A DNA stretch of 64,000 bases. It comes from Octopus vulgaris. Its lineage: Eukaryota. Below are positions 26,630 through 39,255 of the stretch, in pieces. The stretch lies in NCBI GenBank assembly GCA_951406725.2, contig OX597818.1, forward strand, positions 44,578,001 to 44,642,000. The letters are read 5' to 3'. The notes under the pieces were generated by a model, which was given only the letters and a program-made list of their open reading frames with translations, had not been told where the DNA came from and did not search any database. How positions within the stretch are numbered: the stretch's first letter is position 1; every line of letters starts with the position of its first letter. Made by a program: the position numbers and the translations under genes.

Positions 26630-27101
26630 TTCTTTATGGATTAATATATCCAAGGATAATATGAAGTGAAGTGTAAAATGTATAATGCTTCTATTTTCTG
26701 AAATTCTTGTAAGAACAAAAATAGGGAAGGTAGCCGTATAATTGATTGCATCATTATTGACACATGTATGGGAAAAAGTCTTTCTATATACATTAGTTGA
26801 ACATGAACAATCTCGTATTTGAAATCCTGCCTAGAATACAAATATGAAACGGATGGTCATTAGCTGCTCGGTAATTTGGTCTACAGGTTTGAAGGTAAGG
26901 ATTTCAAACATTGTTTTAAATATTTCTGTGTGTCTTTACATAAAATAGTCAAGGTGCTGCTGTTCCCAATGAAAATTGTATCCAGTTCCAGTTGTCTCTG
27001 TCTGCAGAACCATCCAAACAATATTTACATCATGGCTAGATGCATTTTTTTAAAAGTGTGACATAATGATGGAAGTATTTGTAAAAAGAAAGAAAAATAA
27101 C

Positions 27102-27200
27102 TGAAAACACCGGTTCTCGTCCGATCACTGAAGTTAAGCAAAGTCGAGCCTAGTTAGTACTTAGATGGGTGACTGCTTGGGAAACCTAGGTGCTGTAAAC
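27102..27200 (+). rRNA. 5S rRNA: 5S rRNA-derived segment lacking the first ~19 nt (probable pseudogene or chimera head)
   Basis: TGAAAACACCGGTTCTCGTCCGATCACTGAAGTTAAGC (box A)..GTTAGTACTTAGATGGGTGAC (box C)..TGGGAAACCTAGGTGCTGTAAAC follows the metazoan 5S consensus. Confidence 0.9.
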
Positions 27201-27213
27201 GTCTTTCTATCTT

Positions 27214-27388
27214 GTGCTGGTGACACGTAAAAAGCACCCACTACACTCACGGAGTGGCTGGCATTAGGAAGGGCATCCAGCTGTAGAAACTCTGCCAGAT
27301 CAAGATTGGAGCCTGGTGCAGCCATCTGGTTCGCCAGCCCTTAGTCAAATTGTCCAACCCATGCTAGCACGGAAAGCGGACATTAACC

Positions 27389-27419
<31 letters not shown>
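27214..27419 (+). mobile_element. RTE 3' UTR with (GAT)n tail, abutting the 5S segment
   Basis: Conserved UTR starting 13 nt after the 5S end. Confidence 0.88.
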
Positions 27420-27421
<2 letters not shown>

Positions 27422-27951
27422 TAAAAGAAATGATATAGAACCAAGTATGTCTATTACTAGTACAAAGACCCTCCTGAGGTATAACAAAATAAAATGATCT
27501 TCATTAGAAGACATATGTAAAATGAGAAATATTCTCATGATGGTTGTAGCATTGTCATCATTCTTGTTTAACATCCACTTCTCCATGCTTGCATGGGTTG
27601 GATGAAATTTGTTGAGATATTTTCTACAGCTGGACACTCTTCCTGACACCAACCCTCACTTGTTTCCAAGTAAGACAATATTCTCCATGACCAGACATGT
27701 TTTCACAGAATATTGGAAATAATACCACTTGCATGATGGTGACATTTGTTTACAGTTATCACATGAAGCTGTAGCAAGGAGAGAGTAACACACAACACAC
27801 ACATGATAGGCTTCTTTCAGTTTCCATCTACCAAATACCTTTACATGGTTTTGGTCACTCCAGAGATATAGAAGACACTTACCCAAAGTGGAATGCAATG
27901 GGACTAAACCTGAGACAAAGCAGGTTTCATTTTGTTTACATGAACAATTAA

Positions 27952-28614
27952 TCATCATCATCATTTAACGTCTGTTTTCCATGCTGGCATGGGTCTGATG
28001 GTTTGACTGAAGTCTGGATTACGATGGAATCCATTTTCTGTAAATCTTCAGGGTTTATTGCCCCAGTGCATCTGCCACACACAAAAACTATTTTTCTGGT
28101 TAACCTTCCTTTGATATTGCTGCACCTTTTATGTGTCCATAGCTTACACCAGGTACATCAAATGGAGTTTCTACCCATGCCTTTTCTACAAATTGAGCAG
28201 GGGTTGTGATTTGACAGCCTTCCTACTTACTAAGACTTTAGTTTTTGCTAGAGTAACCCTAAGGCCCTTCAATTCTAGACCTTGCTTCCACACCCTAAAC
28301 TTTATCTCCAGTTCTAGCAATGACTTGACTTTTAGAGCAAGGTCATCAGCATAGAGGAGCTCTCAGGGGCAGCCTGTCTTGAATTCCTCTGTTATTGCCT
28401 GGAAAGCTATAATGAATATGAGGTGGCTGAGGACTGATCCATGGCAAACCCCTACTTCTACTCGGAATTCTTCACTAATACTTGTTGCCAACCCTCACCT
28501 TATTGATAGCATCCCTGTACAGGGCTTGTATAACTCTTACCAGCCACTCATCTATCCCCCAGTTTCTGCATTGATCACCAGATAAGGGATCAGGGGGACC
28601 TTATCAAAGGCTTC
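27952..28614 (-). mobile_element. RTE LINE RT fragment joined to its 3' tail
   Basis: Minus strand: EAFDKVP, KLGVDEWLVRVIQALY, HGSVLS, EFKTGCP*ELLYADDLA; tail at 27952-28020. Confidence 0.88.
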
Positions 28615-29311
28615 TGATCAAATAATCACTTTTTATTTGCATTAGGATAGGATAATACAAATACAACAGAGTTGCTAAACGGAAAAGAGAGTTAAATTCA
28701 AACTACAAAAAACAGGTTGGTGTTTTGGAGCCAGATTTTGTAGAATTTTTCTCTTTAGGTCTCAGTTACCTACTTGAAAAGTAATTATGCAAGACCTGGC
28801 AGCATTAGACCTCTCAGGTGAGATGGCACAGGATTAATATGCATAGAAAAATATTCTATTACAACTCTGTGTTCAGTCTGAACTAAAACAGAAAGAGAAG
28901 CATGATGATTCCAACAAGGTATTGATGATGATGATGATGATGTTGATAATAGCAATAATGATGATGATGATGATTATGATGATGATAGAAATATTTATAA
29001 ACTTTTCTTATGCTACTAGATATATTCATACTTCTGGTTGAATATTAAATTTCGAAGATGTACTTTTAATAGTAATTTCTCACATTTTCCTGTCACATAT
29101 CTTAAAATCATTTCAGGGAACAGCAAATTAAAAAAGACAGCAGTATATTACTGGTATTGTTTTATCAATCTGGAAGAATAACAGCAGGTAGGCAAGGTCA
29201 ACTACAGCAGAATTTGAGCTTGTACCATAAAGGGACAATATGACATTTCTGAAAACAGTTTCACAATTTTGTCCTTTTTTTTTAGAACCCAATATTATTT
29301 ATCCGGATGCT

Positions 29312-29672
29312 GAAGAAGAAGAAGAAGAAGAAGAAGAAGAAGAAGAAGAAGAAGAAGAAGAAGAAGAAGAAGAAGAAGAAGAAGAAGAAGGAGGAGGAGG
29401 AGGAGGAGGAGAAGGAGGATGAGGAGAAGAAGGAGGAGGAGAAGAATAAGAAGGAGGATGAGGAGAAGGAGGAGGAGGAGGAGGAGGAAGGGGAGGAGGA
29501 GGAGAAGAAGAAGAAGAAGAAGAAGGAGGAGGAGAAGGAGGATGAGGAGAAGAAGAAGGAGGAGGAGAAGAAGAAGGAGGAGGAGGAGAAGAAGGAGGAG
29601 GAGGAGGAGGAGGAGGAGGAGAAGGAGAAGAAGAAGAAGAAGAAGAAGAAGAAGAAGAAGAAGAAGAAGAAG
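29312..29672. repeat. (GAA)n/(GAG)n polypurine tract
   Basis: Direct read; source of the poly-K/E/R/F ORFs. Confidence 0.95.
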
Positions 29673-29784
29673 ATCATCATCATCGTCGTCGTCGTCATCA
29701 CCATTGCTGTTATCATTGTTTCAATGTTCACTTTTCCATGTTTGCATGGCTCAGAAGGCAGGCTTTCTATGGCTGGATACCCTT

Positions 29785-30021
29785 TCTTATTTCTTTATTG
29801 CTCACAAGGGGTTAAACATAGAGGGAACAAACAAAGACAGACAAAGGGATTAAGTCAATTACATCGAACCCCAGTGCGTAAATGGTACTTAATTTATCGA
29901 CCCCGAAAGGATGAAAGACAAAGTCGACCTTGGTAGAATTTGAACTCAGAACATAAAGACAGACAAAATACCACTAAGCATTTTGCTTGGTGTGCTAACG
30001 TTTCTACCAGCTCGCTGCCTT
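29785..30021 (-). mobile_element. SINE family B
   Basis: Colinear with 15293-15512. Confidence 0.9.
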
Positions 30022-30256
30022 ATGGCGAGCAGGATACCTTTTCTGTCACCAACATTTATCTGTTTTGAAACAAGATAATATTTCCCTAAGGCCAGATATG
30101 CTTTCATGGAAGATTGGAAATGAAGGGCACTGTCTGTTTAATGGTGGTGATTGTTTACAGCTGTCACACAATATGAAATCAAGGAGATACAAATACACTT
30201 GCACACACACACACACACACAAACACACACACTCATACACACACACATACATGCAC

Positions 30257-30550
30257 GATGGCCGTCCACTCGTGACCGAGGAAGACCATTGCTGACCTTT
30301 GGGAACATTGTGCGCTCTAGGACTAACTTATATTTTGCATTTGTGGCTCTGTTGGTGGCTGAAGAGCCCTGCTCTTGACAAGCATACCCGACTGCAAACA
30401 TTGCAAACCAAGCTTTCCCCATTCATTATGTTAGCAGCGTGATTTTGAGCAGCAAGCTTAAATTCTTCATGCTTTTTCATAGGTGTTGACCCCACCCTTA
30501 ACCTGCTTCCTCCATCTGTGGCAATGACAAGCATTGCTCTCCCACTCAGA
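30257..30550 (-). mobile_element. RTE (BovB-like) 3' end with C2H2 zinc finger and 3' UTR
   Basis: WESNACHCHRWRKQVKGG; LVCNVCSRVCLSRAGLFSHQQSH. Confidence 0.8.
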
Positions 30551-30562
30551 TACATACATACA

Positions 30563-30951
30563 TTGCGAAGACCTGTTGAGGCAAGTGAAATCGAAATTGC
30601 TCAAAAACCAATGGAAATTGTAGTTGTGATACCAGTGCCGGTGGCATGTAAAAGAACAATCTGAATGTGGCCATTGCCAGCACCACCCCGACTGGCCTCC
30701 GTGTCGGTGGCACGTAAAAAGCACCAACCGAACGTGGCTGTTGCCAGCCTTGCCTGGACTGAGCCGGTGGCATGTAAAAAGCACCCACTACACTCATGGA
30801 GTGGTTGGCGTTAGGAAGGGCATCCAGCTGTAGAAACACTGCCAGATCAGACTGGGCCTGGTGCAGCCTTCTGGCTTCCCAGACCCCAGTCGAACCGTCC
30901 AACCCATGCTAGCATGGAAAGCGGACATTAAACGATGATGATGATGATGAT
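30563..30951 (+). mobile_element. RTE 3' UTR with (GAT)n tail
   Basis: Conserved UTR motifs. Confidence 0.88.
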
Positions 30952-31009
30952 ACATATGTACACCCGTACACACACACACACACACACACACACGCATAAA
31001 CATGCCTAA

Positions 31010-31706
31010 CTGTCAGTTTGGATAAGCTTAGATCTTCAGAAAAAGACATCAACCACCTGGTTCACACATTGTAAATACAATATGTAAGCAGAACAGTAAA
31101 ACTATGCAAGACTTTTCTCAGGTTTAAAATGTGACATTATTTTTGTTGTCTACATTCCAACAATGGAGTTTGACATCTGCGTTAGAAACTAGCTCCTACT
31201 TCCGATGAAAAATTTAAATGATTAAATAAAAAGACAGAGATAGACATAATACAAATATCCACTCATACACACACACATACTGTCAAATAACAGGCCGGAT
31301 ATTGTTGTTTGGGACAGAGGGACAAAGGTATGTACCATCATAGAGGTCAGCTGCCCTGCAGATCTAAATAGCTCTTTGAAAGTCAAAGAAAAAGAGGATA
31401 TCTATGGACAGCTGTTTCAAAACCTCTAGCTTCTATATCCAGACTATGAATTCATATTCATACCAATAATAATTGGAGCACTAGGTTTTGTTAGTAAATG
31501 TTTAAAGGAGAGTCTAAATAGACTGGGACATTCAGAAAGAGAAACTGACCAGCTGATTTGTACATTACAAGTGCAAACTGTGAGTGGAACAGTAGAAATA
31601 TGCAAGACTTTTCTCAAGTTCCAAATGTGAATATGTCTGTGTTAACTACATCCATAGATGGAGCCTTGTATCTTTGTTGGAAACCAGTTCCCTCCGCAGT
31701 GGAAGA
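31010..31706 (+). mobile_element. R4/Dong-type LINE 3' ends in tandem (restriction-like endonuclease domain at 31286-31630)
   Basis: NNRPDIVVWD..TIIEVSCP..KVKEKEDIY..IPIIIGALG..ICKTFLKFQM*, one in-frame stop; 31010-31230 is a diverged copy of the same C-terminus and UTR. Confidence 0.85.
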
Positions 31707-31709
31707 TTT

Positions 31710-32110
31710 ATCATCATCATCATCATCATTGTTTAACGTCCACTTTCCATGCTAGCATGGGTTGGACAGTTTGACTGAAGGCTGGCAAACCAGATGGCTG
31801 CACCAGGCTCCAGTCTTGATCTGACAGAGTTTCTACAGCTGGATGCCCTTCCTAACGCTAACCACTCCGAGAGCGTAGTGGGTGCTTTTACGTGCCACTG
31901 GCATGGGGGCCAGTCAGGCGGTACTGGCAACGACCTTGCTCAAATGGTGCCTCCTAAATGCCACCGGCACGGAAGCCAGTAAGCCGCTCTGGCAATGATC
32001 ACGCTCGGATGGTGCTCTTAGCACCCTACTAGCATGGGGCACAAGTGCCAGTAAGGTGAAGCTGGTAACGACCACACTCGAACAGTGCCTTTTATGTGCC
32101 ACTGGCACGG
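31710..32110 (-). mobile_element. RTE 3' UTR
   Basis: (CAT)n start and conserved UTR. Confidence 0.88.
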
Positions 32111-32119
32111 ACACATGTA

Positions 32120-32275
32120 TGAAGGGTTTCTTTCAGTTTCTGTGTACCAAATCCACTCCCAAGGTTTTGGTTGTCTCGGGGCTATAGTAGAAGACATTTG
32201 TTCAAAGTACAAGGCAGCGAAACTGAATCTGAAACCATGTGGTTAGGACATAAACTTCTTAGCTACACAGTCAAG
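32120..32275 (-). mobile_element. SINE family A 5' half
   Basis: Head and core similarity. Confidence 0.75.
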
Positions 32276-33174
32276 TCTGCACTTGAACATAGTCATGGCT
32301 GCAAAACTAACAATAACTACAGGTCAGAAATAGTACTTTTCCAGCAACATATTGGAATATCTCACACAATATAAGAAAATTGGAAAAGGAAAGGAACTGA
32401 CAAAATTTAGTGAGTATTTATACTGAATATATCAATTTCTTTATTTTTCTTTGAAATAACCAAGATGCTGTCAGGAATAGCTTGATATTTTGATCATACA
32501 TCAGATTTAAAGTACTATGTGGTCTGCCGTTTATAGGTGGCTGCAGTTCAATAGAATATTTGGACTTTGAAGTAATGGAATGGTTAAAAGGCACTATAAA
32601 CTGGCTTGGTAACTAAGTGTGGACATATTAAGCATAGCAAACAAGCTATTGATCTTTGATAAAAGTGTGACAGCGACTAAGTAGGAAAGATATTATTGAG
32701 TAAAATATTGCAAATATATATACATGAATGTGTATAATAACATTTTAAACAAAACATAATTTGATGTGTTATGATAATGTATTAACCACAATATTACCAA
32801 ATGTTAAGTAGAGTCCATAGAGCAGAATGATGAAATACACCTGTGTAAGTCAGGCACAACAATGTAGCATGATTGGGAAAAAATTTCTTTCTGTAACTTT
32901 ACAAAGGAAAGACTAAGATATTGAAAATAAGATTGCCAGTGATGTTTTAACGGATTTCAATTATATTTATTTCTTAAAATACATTTCCTGTCAAAAAGTC
33001 ATCAGCAAATCTCTCCTCCTCCTTTAATATTCATTTTCCATTCTGGCATGGTTTTGACAGTTTGACAGGAGCTAGCAAGGCCAGAAGTCACACACCAGGT
33101 TACACAGTCTGTTTTGGGTTGGTTTCTACAGTTAGATGCCTTTCCTAATGTCAACCACTTTACTTAGTATACTG

Positions 33175-33437
33175 GGTGCTTTCTACATGGCACCAGCACC
33201 AGCGCTTTTTATATGAAACCATCACCAATGCTTTTTATGTGGCACCAATACCAGTACTTTTTATATGGCATTGTCATCAGTGCTTTTATGAGGCACCAGC
33301 ACCAGTGCTTTTTATGTGGTACCATCACCAATGCTTTTATGTGGCATCATCACCAGTGCTTTTTATGTGGCACCATCACCAGTGCTTTTTATGTGATGCC
33401 AGTACCGGTGCTTTTTATGTGATGCCAGCACCAGTGT
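33175..33437. repeat. ~26-bp minisatellite (GTGCTTTTTATGTGGCACCATCACCA) inside an RTE 3' UTR (33020-33440, minus)
   Basis: About ten degenerate tandem units. Confidence 0.88.
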
Positions 33438-34253
33438 TCTTCATAGGCAAGTATTACCAGGGTGTGCTTTCAAGTTCTTCAGAAATAAGAAATTCCATAT
33501 TTGGAATACGAGTAAGGGTAGGTGACAGGAAGTGCATCCAAGCATAAGAATCTAACTTCAATTTACTTCTGTTTGAACCATGCTCTTATGGAAAACAAAA
33601 TGAAATGAACATCAGGGACAACAGTTCCATGATCTTTGTTATTTCAAGGATCAGAAAATGAGCATATCGGTACCTTTAACAACATTTGGTGGAAACTTCA
33701 CTCTTTATTTCACCAACAATTGTAGTAGTAACAGAAATTGTGACTCTCACTAGCATGTCTTACAAATATCTAAAATAACTTATATGCTTTCTTTTACACA
33801 AGTCATACTGAAATAACAGACAAATCTTCTTCAAATCCTACCCTACCATTTAAATTAAGAAACTGACTGGTACTCTCTTTTACTTGTTTCAGCCATCCGG
33901 CTGAGGCCATCTAGTTCTTAAAGTCAAGATGGTCATGGATGGAATGCTTTTGATTATAGGTCTTTTCAGTCAGAGATGAACTAGTGCTAAACATCATCAC
34001 CATCACTACTTTTCATAACAATTTCATTCCCTAAAATAGAGCCTATAGTTCACTACAGCAGTTTCCATACAAAAAGAATGTGTTACAAAAAACATTTCAT
34101 ACCTCATTTAAATCATGTTACTTATTTATTGACCAAGCTGGTTCATTCAAGAACAATCCGACTGAAACTATCTTTATTAAAGTATTGAAATTTAAATTAA
34201 AATCAACTGAAATATTATTATATGAAAAATAATATAAATTTTTAAAAATTTAA

Positions 34254-34304
34254 TTTGTCAAAATATTTTCGTTGCTTTGAGACCGCAACCTGTTCACTGA
34301 CAAA
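34254..34304 (-). ncRNA. Hammerhead fold with compensatory G3-C8 core
   Basis: Minus strand reads tttgtca GTGAACA g gttgc ggtctcaaa gcaac GAAA atat TT tgacaaa; inverted, decayed copy at 34323-34373. Confidence 0.65.
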
Positions 34305-35204
34305 ACTTTGTGCTACACAAAGTTTGTCAGTGAACAGGTTGCGGTCTCAAAGCGTCAAAAATATTTTGACAAATTAAATTTAAATGTTGAAGTGAATCTA
34401 ACTGTTTTTGTGTGTCTCTTAAATGGCTTATAAACACCTTCCACGTTGCAATTGTTTTCGTTCCAGCACACGATCTCAGATCAAGTCACTCGCTATGCAA
34501 GTACATCTTCGTAATATAAGATTTCAAAAGTTAAAAATCATCATTTACTAAATTATTTAACTAAATCTCTCATAATATTTTTATTATTTTGTAGCTTGAA
34601 TTAAAGTGAAACACAAAGTAAGAGGTTATCTTTCCTTAAAATGCAGCCACAAAAGAATTAAGCAGAAGGGAGTATATTTCATTAAAGAAGTGATAACACC
34701 ACCCCCCATCAAAAAAAAAAAAAAAAAGATGAGTGAAAGAAAGGAAAAGAAGATAAAAAATGATAAAAGAAGGCAAGGAAGGAGAAAAAAAAAGAAAATG
34801 ATAAAAAAGAAATGACAAAATGAATGAACAGAAAAAGAGAGTTTAAGAAAGTAGAGTATAACTGCTACAGTGAAGAAATGAGTGGATGAGTTAGGATATT
34901 AATGAATGAATAGAGGGAAACTTAATTGATTTCAAATGTTATTATAAAAATGAGTGGTTGAAAAGTTTCTTTCAGGGAGTGAATACATGAACAGGTGATT
35001 CTACATAAGTTATTACACATAATCTCATACATAATAGAGGAAGTTACTTTAATCAATAGTTCAAACAACAGTTCAACGTTGTAATTGAACTGAGAATATC
35101 TATAGGAAATATCTAATCTTAACCAATGAAATAACTCTCAAATAGGTTTTTCCTACTCAAATCCACTCTCATTCGAAAATATTAATTACAAAGAAAATTG
35201 GAAT

Positions 35205-35875
<671 letters not shown>

Positions 35876-36361
35876 TATATGTAATTGAAAGAAATGTTTA
35901 ATAATGCCATTTATATAGAATATGACGAGATAAATAAAGAGTTAATCCTGAGAATCTTAAATTTATTTCTCTATTTTATCAGCCAATTTTATTGTTTCCC
36001 ATTCAAACTCGTCTAAATATTTCAAATGGAAACAAAATTGTAGGAAATAAGGAATGATGTAATAAAGAGAGTTCAAAAATGATTTAAATGCTTTCTCTTT
36101 ATATAAATTGCTCATTTGATAATTATTTTATAAATGTAAGATATAAATTCAGAAGAATTAGGTAGATATATGAGAGCAGCATGGCCACTTGCCATATGTT
36201 GAATTAATCAAAGATGAAGTTTAGAAACTTAAAATAGCATCAAAAGCAATTTCAAACTATTAATGAAACATTAAGTACAGTTACACTTGTTTGTGTTTGT
36301 TAGTTGGTATTTTTTTAATTTTGGATGTTGTTTAGCCTCAAGTTAGCCCTTGATCAAACAC

Positions 36362-37017
36362 TCTTTTACTTGTTTCAAGTCATTTGACTGTGGCCATGCT
36401 GGAGCACCGCATTTAGACGAGCAAATCGCACCCCCCAGGACTTATTCTTTGTAAGCCTAATACTTGTTCTATCGGTCTCTTTTGTTGAACTGCTAAGTTA
36501 CGGGGATGTAAACACACTAGCATCGGTTGTCAAGCAATGTTGGGGGTACAAACACAGACACAGAAACATATATACACACACAAACACACACACACACACA
36601 CACTCACACACACACACATATATATGTATATGTATGTATGTATGTATATATATATAAAATTAAATAAGGGTAGAAATTGATATTAATCAATTAAAACCGG
36701 TTGTTTCGCATATTTTAAAAAATCCAAAGATTAAAAATTGTTTTACATACAAAATTTAGAGGACTGACCACTAAAAGTGGACGTCTATGTTTAGCATATT
36801 GGCTGTCCACTTTTAGTGGTCAGTCCTCTAAATTTTGTATATATATACATATATGATGGACTTCTTTCAGTTTCCGTCTACCAAATCCACTCACAAGGCT
36901 TTGGTCGGTCCAAGGCTATAGTAGAAGACACTTGCTCAAGATGCCATGCAGTGGAACTGAACCCGGAACCATGTGGTTGGTAAGCAAGCTACTTGCCACA
37001 CAGCCACTCCTATGCCT
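36362..37017 (-). mobile_element. SINE family A carrying an inserted inverted-repeat module (~36660-36845)
   Basis: Both SINE halves intact; 36-bp IR arms at 36747-36782 and 36805-36840. Confidence 0.88.
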
Positions 37018-37532
37018 ATTTATGATCAAATATTTGCAAGACATACACAGCACATTTTGTTTTCTTTTATATATCAGTGAATATATATTGGTCAATGTAT
37101 TCTGTGTTTTTTATTCATAACTGAAGGAAGGATGTGAAGGACATTTAACTGCTATGTTTCCATGCCAAATGAATGTGTAGAGACCCTTTCACTGGTTTAT
37201 ATTTATTTTGCATGGAATTTTCTTTTGTCCTCTGTTTATTTAGCATTTGCTTGTTTCTGTCATCAGAACTGTGCCCACCTAAGTCTATGCTTATTTTTTT
37301 TTAGTGTTTAGATAATTTAGACAATTGCTCTAGTGCATTGTATATTTTTAGAATGACATTGTAGGGTAGGTGTGTTTAGCTCAGGTCAGTTTTACTTCAA
37401 CAGAATCATAGCACATAAAGTCTTCTCAATATTTGGGAGCAATCTAATGCACTTTAGATACGTTTTATTCACTCATAATAATTTTTCCTTATTCTCATTC
37501 CTCCTAATTTATTTACCCTATCAAGTAAATTG

Positions 37533-37780
37533 TGGAGGCACGTGGCTTAGTGGTTCAGGTGTTGAACTCATGATTGTAAGGTTGTGGTTTCAATTCCTGG
37601 ACCGGTTGATGCGTTGTGTTCTTGAGCAAAACACTTCATTTTTCAAGTTGCTCTAGTCCACTCAGCAGGTAAAAATGAGTAATCCTGCGACGGACCAGCA
37701 TCCCATCCAGGTGGGGAATTTCTACGCCACTGAAACTGGAAAACCAGCCTTTATGAGCCTGGCATGGCTCAAGAAGGAAC
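37533..37780 (+). mobile_element. tRNA-headed SINE (family D-related)
   Basis: GGAGGCACGTGGCTTAGTGGTT..GGTTTCAATTCC..CTTGAGCAAAACACTT; tail similar to 58860-58955. Confidence 0.8.
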
Positions 37781-38408
37781 ATTTATCAAGTATTGACATT
37801 CCATGAAGGGTCTGGCCTAAATCTTAAATTTATCTTCTTCCTCACAGACTAAAATTTATTCCACATTTGGAACTATTTGTTTACAGTTTACTGATATAAA
37901 ATGATGCTAGTTTCCTTGGATTCTTTACTTTACTCTAGGAGTATGTTGTATTTGGTTTCTGTAATTGGTTTGCATGATAATTGATGTGAATCCATGAATT
38001 GAAACAAACTTTGTTATATTTTAGGAGGCGTCATTCCAATAATGGCGACAAAAGAACTTTGACAAACCTGATTAATTGATTAGCTGAAAGACTAATCAAT
38101 CAATTGATAAGTTAATTGGTTAGATGATTAACTGATTGGCTGATAATAAAAAAAGAAGTGAAATAGGATCAGTGCATGTGTTTATCATTGGCATAATGAT
38201 GCTCCCAAGATGCAACAAAATATGATAGATATTTTAATTGGTTTTTAGAGTTGTTTTAATAACTGGATATGCTCCCCAGCACAAACTACTTTTTCGTAAA
38301 TAGGATCTGATTCCTACTTTCCATCTCAAGACTGAAGCAATTAAACTATCTTGTCTGACAGAAAGATTGAACTAGTAATCACCACTGACTCATTATTAGT
38401 TTGATTAA

Positions 38409-38629
38409 CCCTTTAGCATTTAAACCGGCTATATCCGGCCAAAAGTATTCTGCCTGTCTTATGTTCAAACTGGCCAGATCTGGTCTCTCACACCAACCCT
38501 ACAATATTGTTTTAAAAATTAACAGCTACCTCATCAAAATCTCATAGCTAGAAGATAATGCATGATTAGTTCAAAACAATGTGGATGAAGAAGCATTAAT
38601 TTTGGCAGAATAATGTGAACACTAAAGGG
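38409..38629. mobile_element. piggyBac-type MITE, second copy in opposite orientation
   Basis: TTAA|CCCTTTAG...CTAAAGGG|TTAA; reverse-complement homology to 3932-4153. A truncated third copy lies at ~50497-50600. Confidence 0.88.
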
Positions 38630-38865
38630 TTAAAGAAAATTACTTCATCTCAAATCAAATATTTGAAACTGCTCAACTGCTTCTTCATTGCTAAATGTTT
38701 TCTCAGAACTTTGGGCATTATTTTCCTATGAATTATATCTCCCTTGTGCTATTGTTGCTTGTATGGCAAGAACATTTGTTCATCTGATTATATTTTTCTA
38801 TTTTAATTAAAGATATTAACAAAATAAAAGAAAATTAAACTTATGAATATTTGTTACAATATTTA

Positions 38866-39255
38866 TCTCTATATATAAAGCTGAAGTTGTCTGTGTGTGG
38901 CAGGTTTGGTAGCCTTCAACTAACACCATCTCCTCCGAGACCCTGTGGCACAAGTTGACCAAAATTGAGAGCATGATAGAAGAAGGCTTGCTCTTCATTC
39001 CGTAGAAGATAAAATTCAAATAGGAACATTTTAAGATCAAAAATTATTTACATCAAAAAGGTGCTTTTTTGCTATGAAAATCCCTATTTTTTATGATGTT
39101 TTGACTGCTGTGTTGCCATTTTTCAGTGTATTTCAACCAGAAAAATGTTCACTTAAAAAGAATAACAAGCTACATAATGCAAAATTTTTACTTTTCAAAA
39201 TTTCCAATTCTAAAGGGTCGAAACAAACCCGAGCAACGCCAGGCGATATTGCTAG
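38866..39255 (+). mobile_element. Non-autonomous Helitron (390 bp)
   Basis: A|TCTCTATATATAAAG at the 5' end; imperfect GC hairpin CCCGAGCAACGCCAGG about 10 nt before CTAG|T; no TSD. Confidence 0.75.

Noticed and set aside
29240-29936. Poly-K/E/R/F ORFs of up to 209 aa
   Set aside because: Read-through of the GAA/GAG tract into a SINE.
32975-33012. Minus-strand CTGATGA...GAAA
   Set aside because: Stems I and III cannot both form convincingly.
33176-33547. Repetitive ORF (APVLFMWHHHQCF) and a CRISPR-like look
   Set aside because: A tandem minisatellite with no unique spacers, inside a LINE 3' UTR, in a eukaryotic context with no cas genes.
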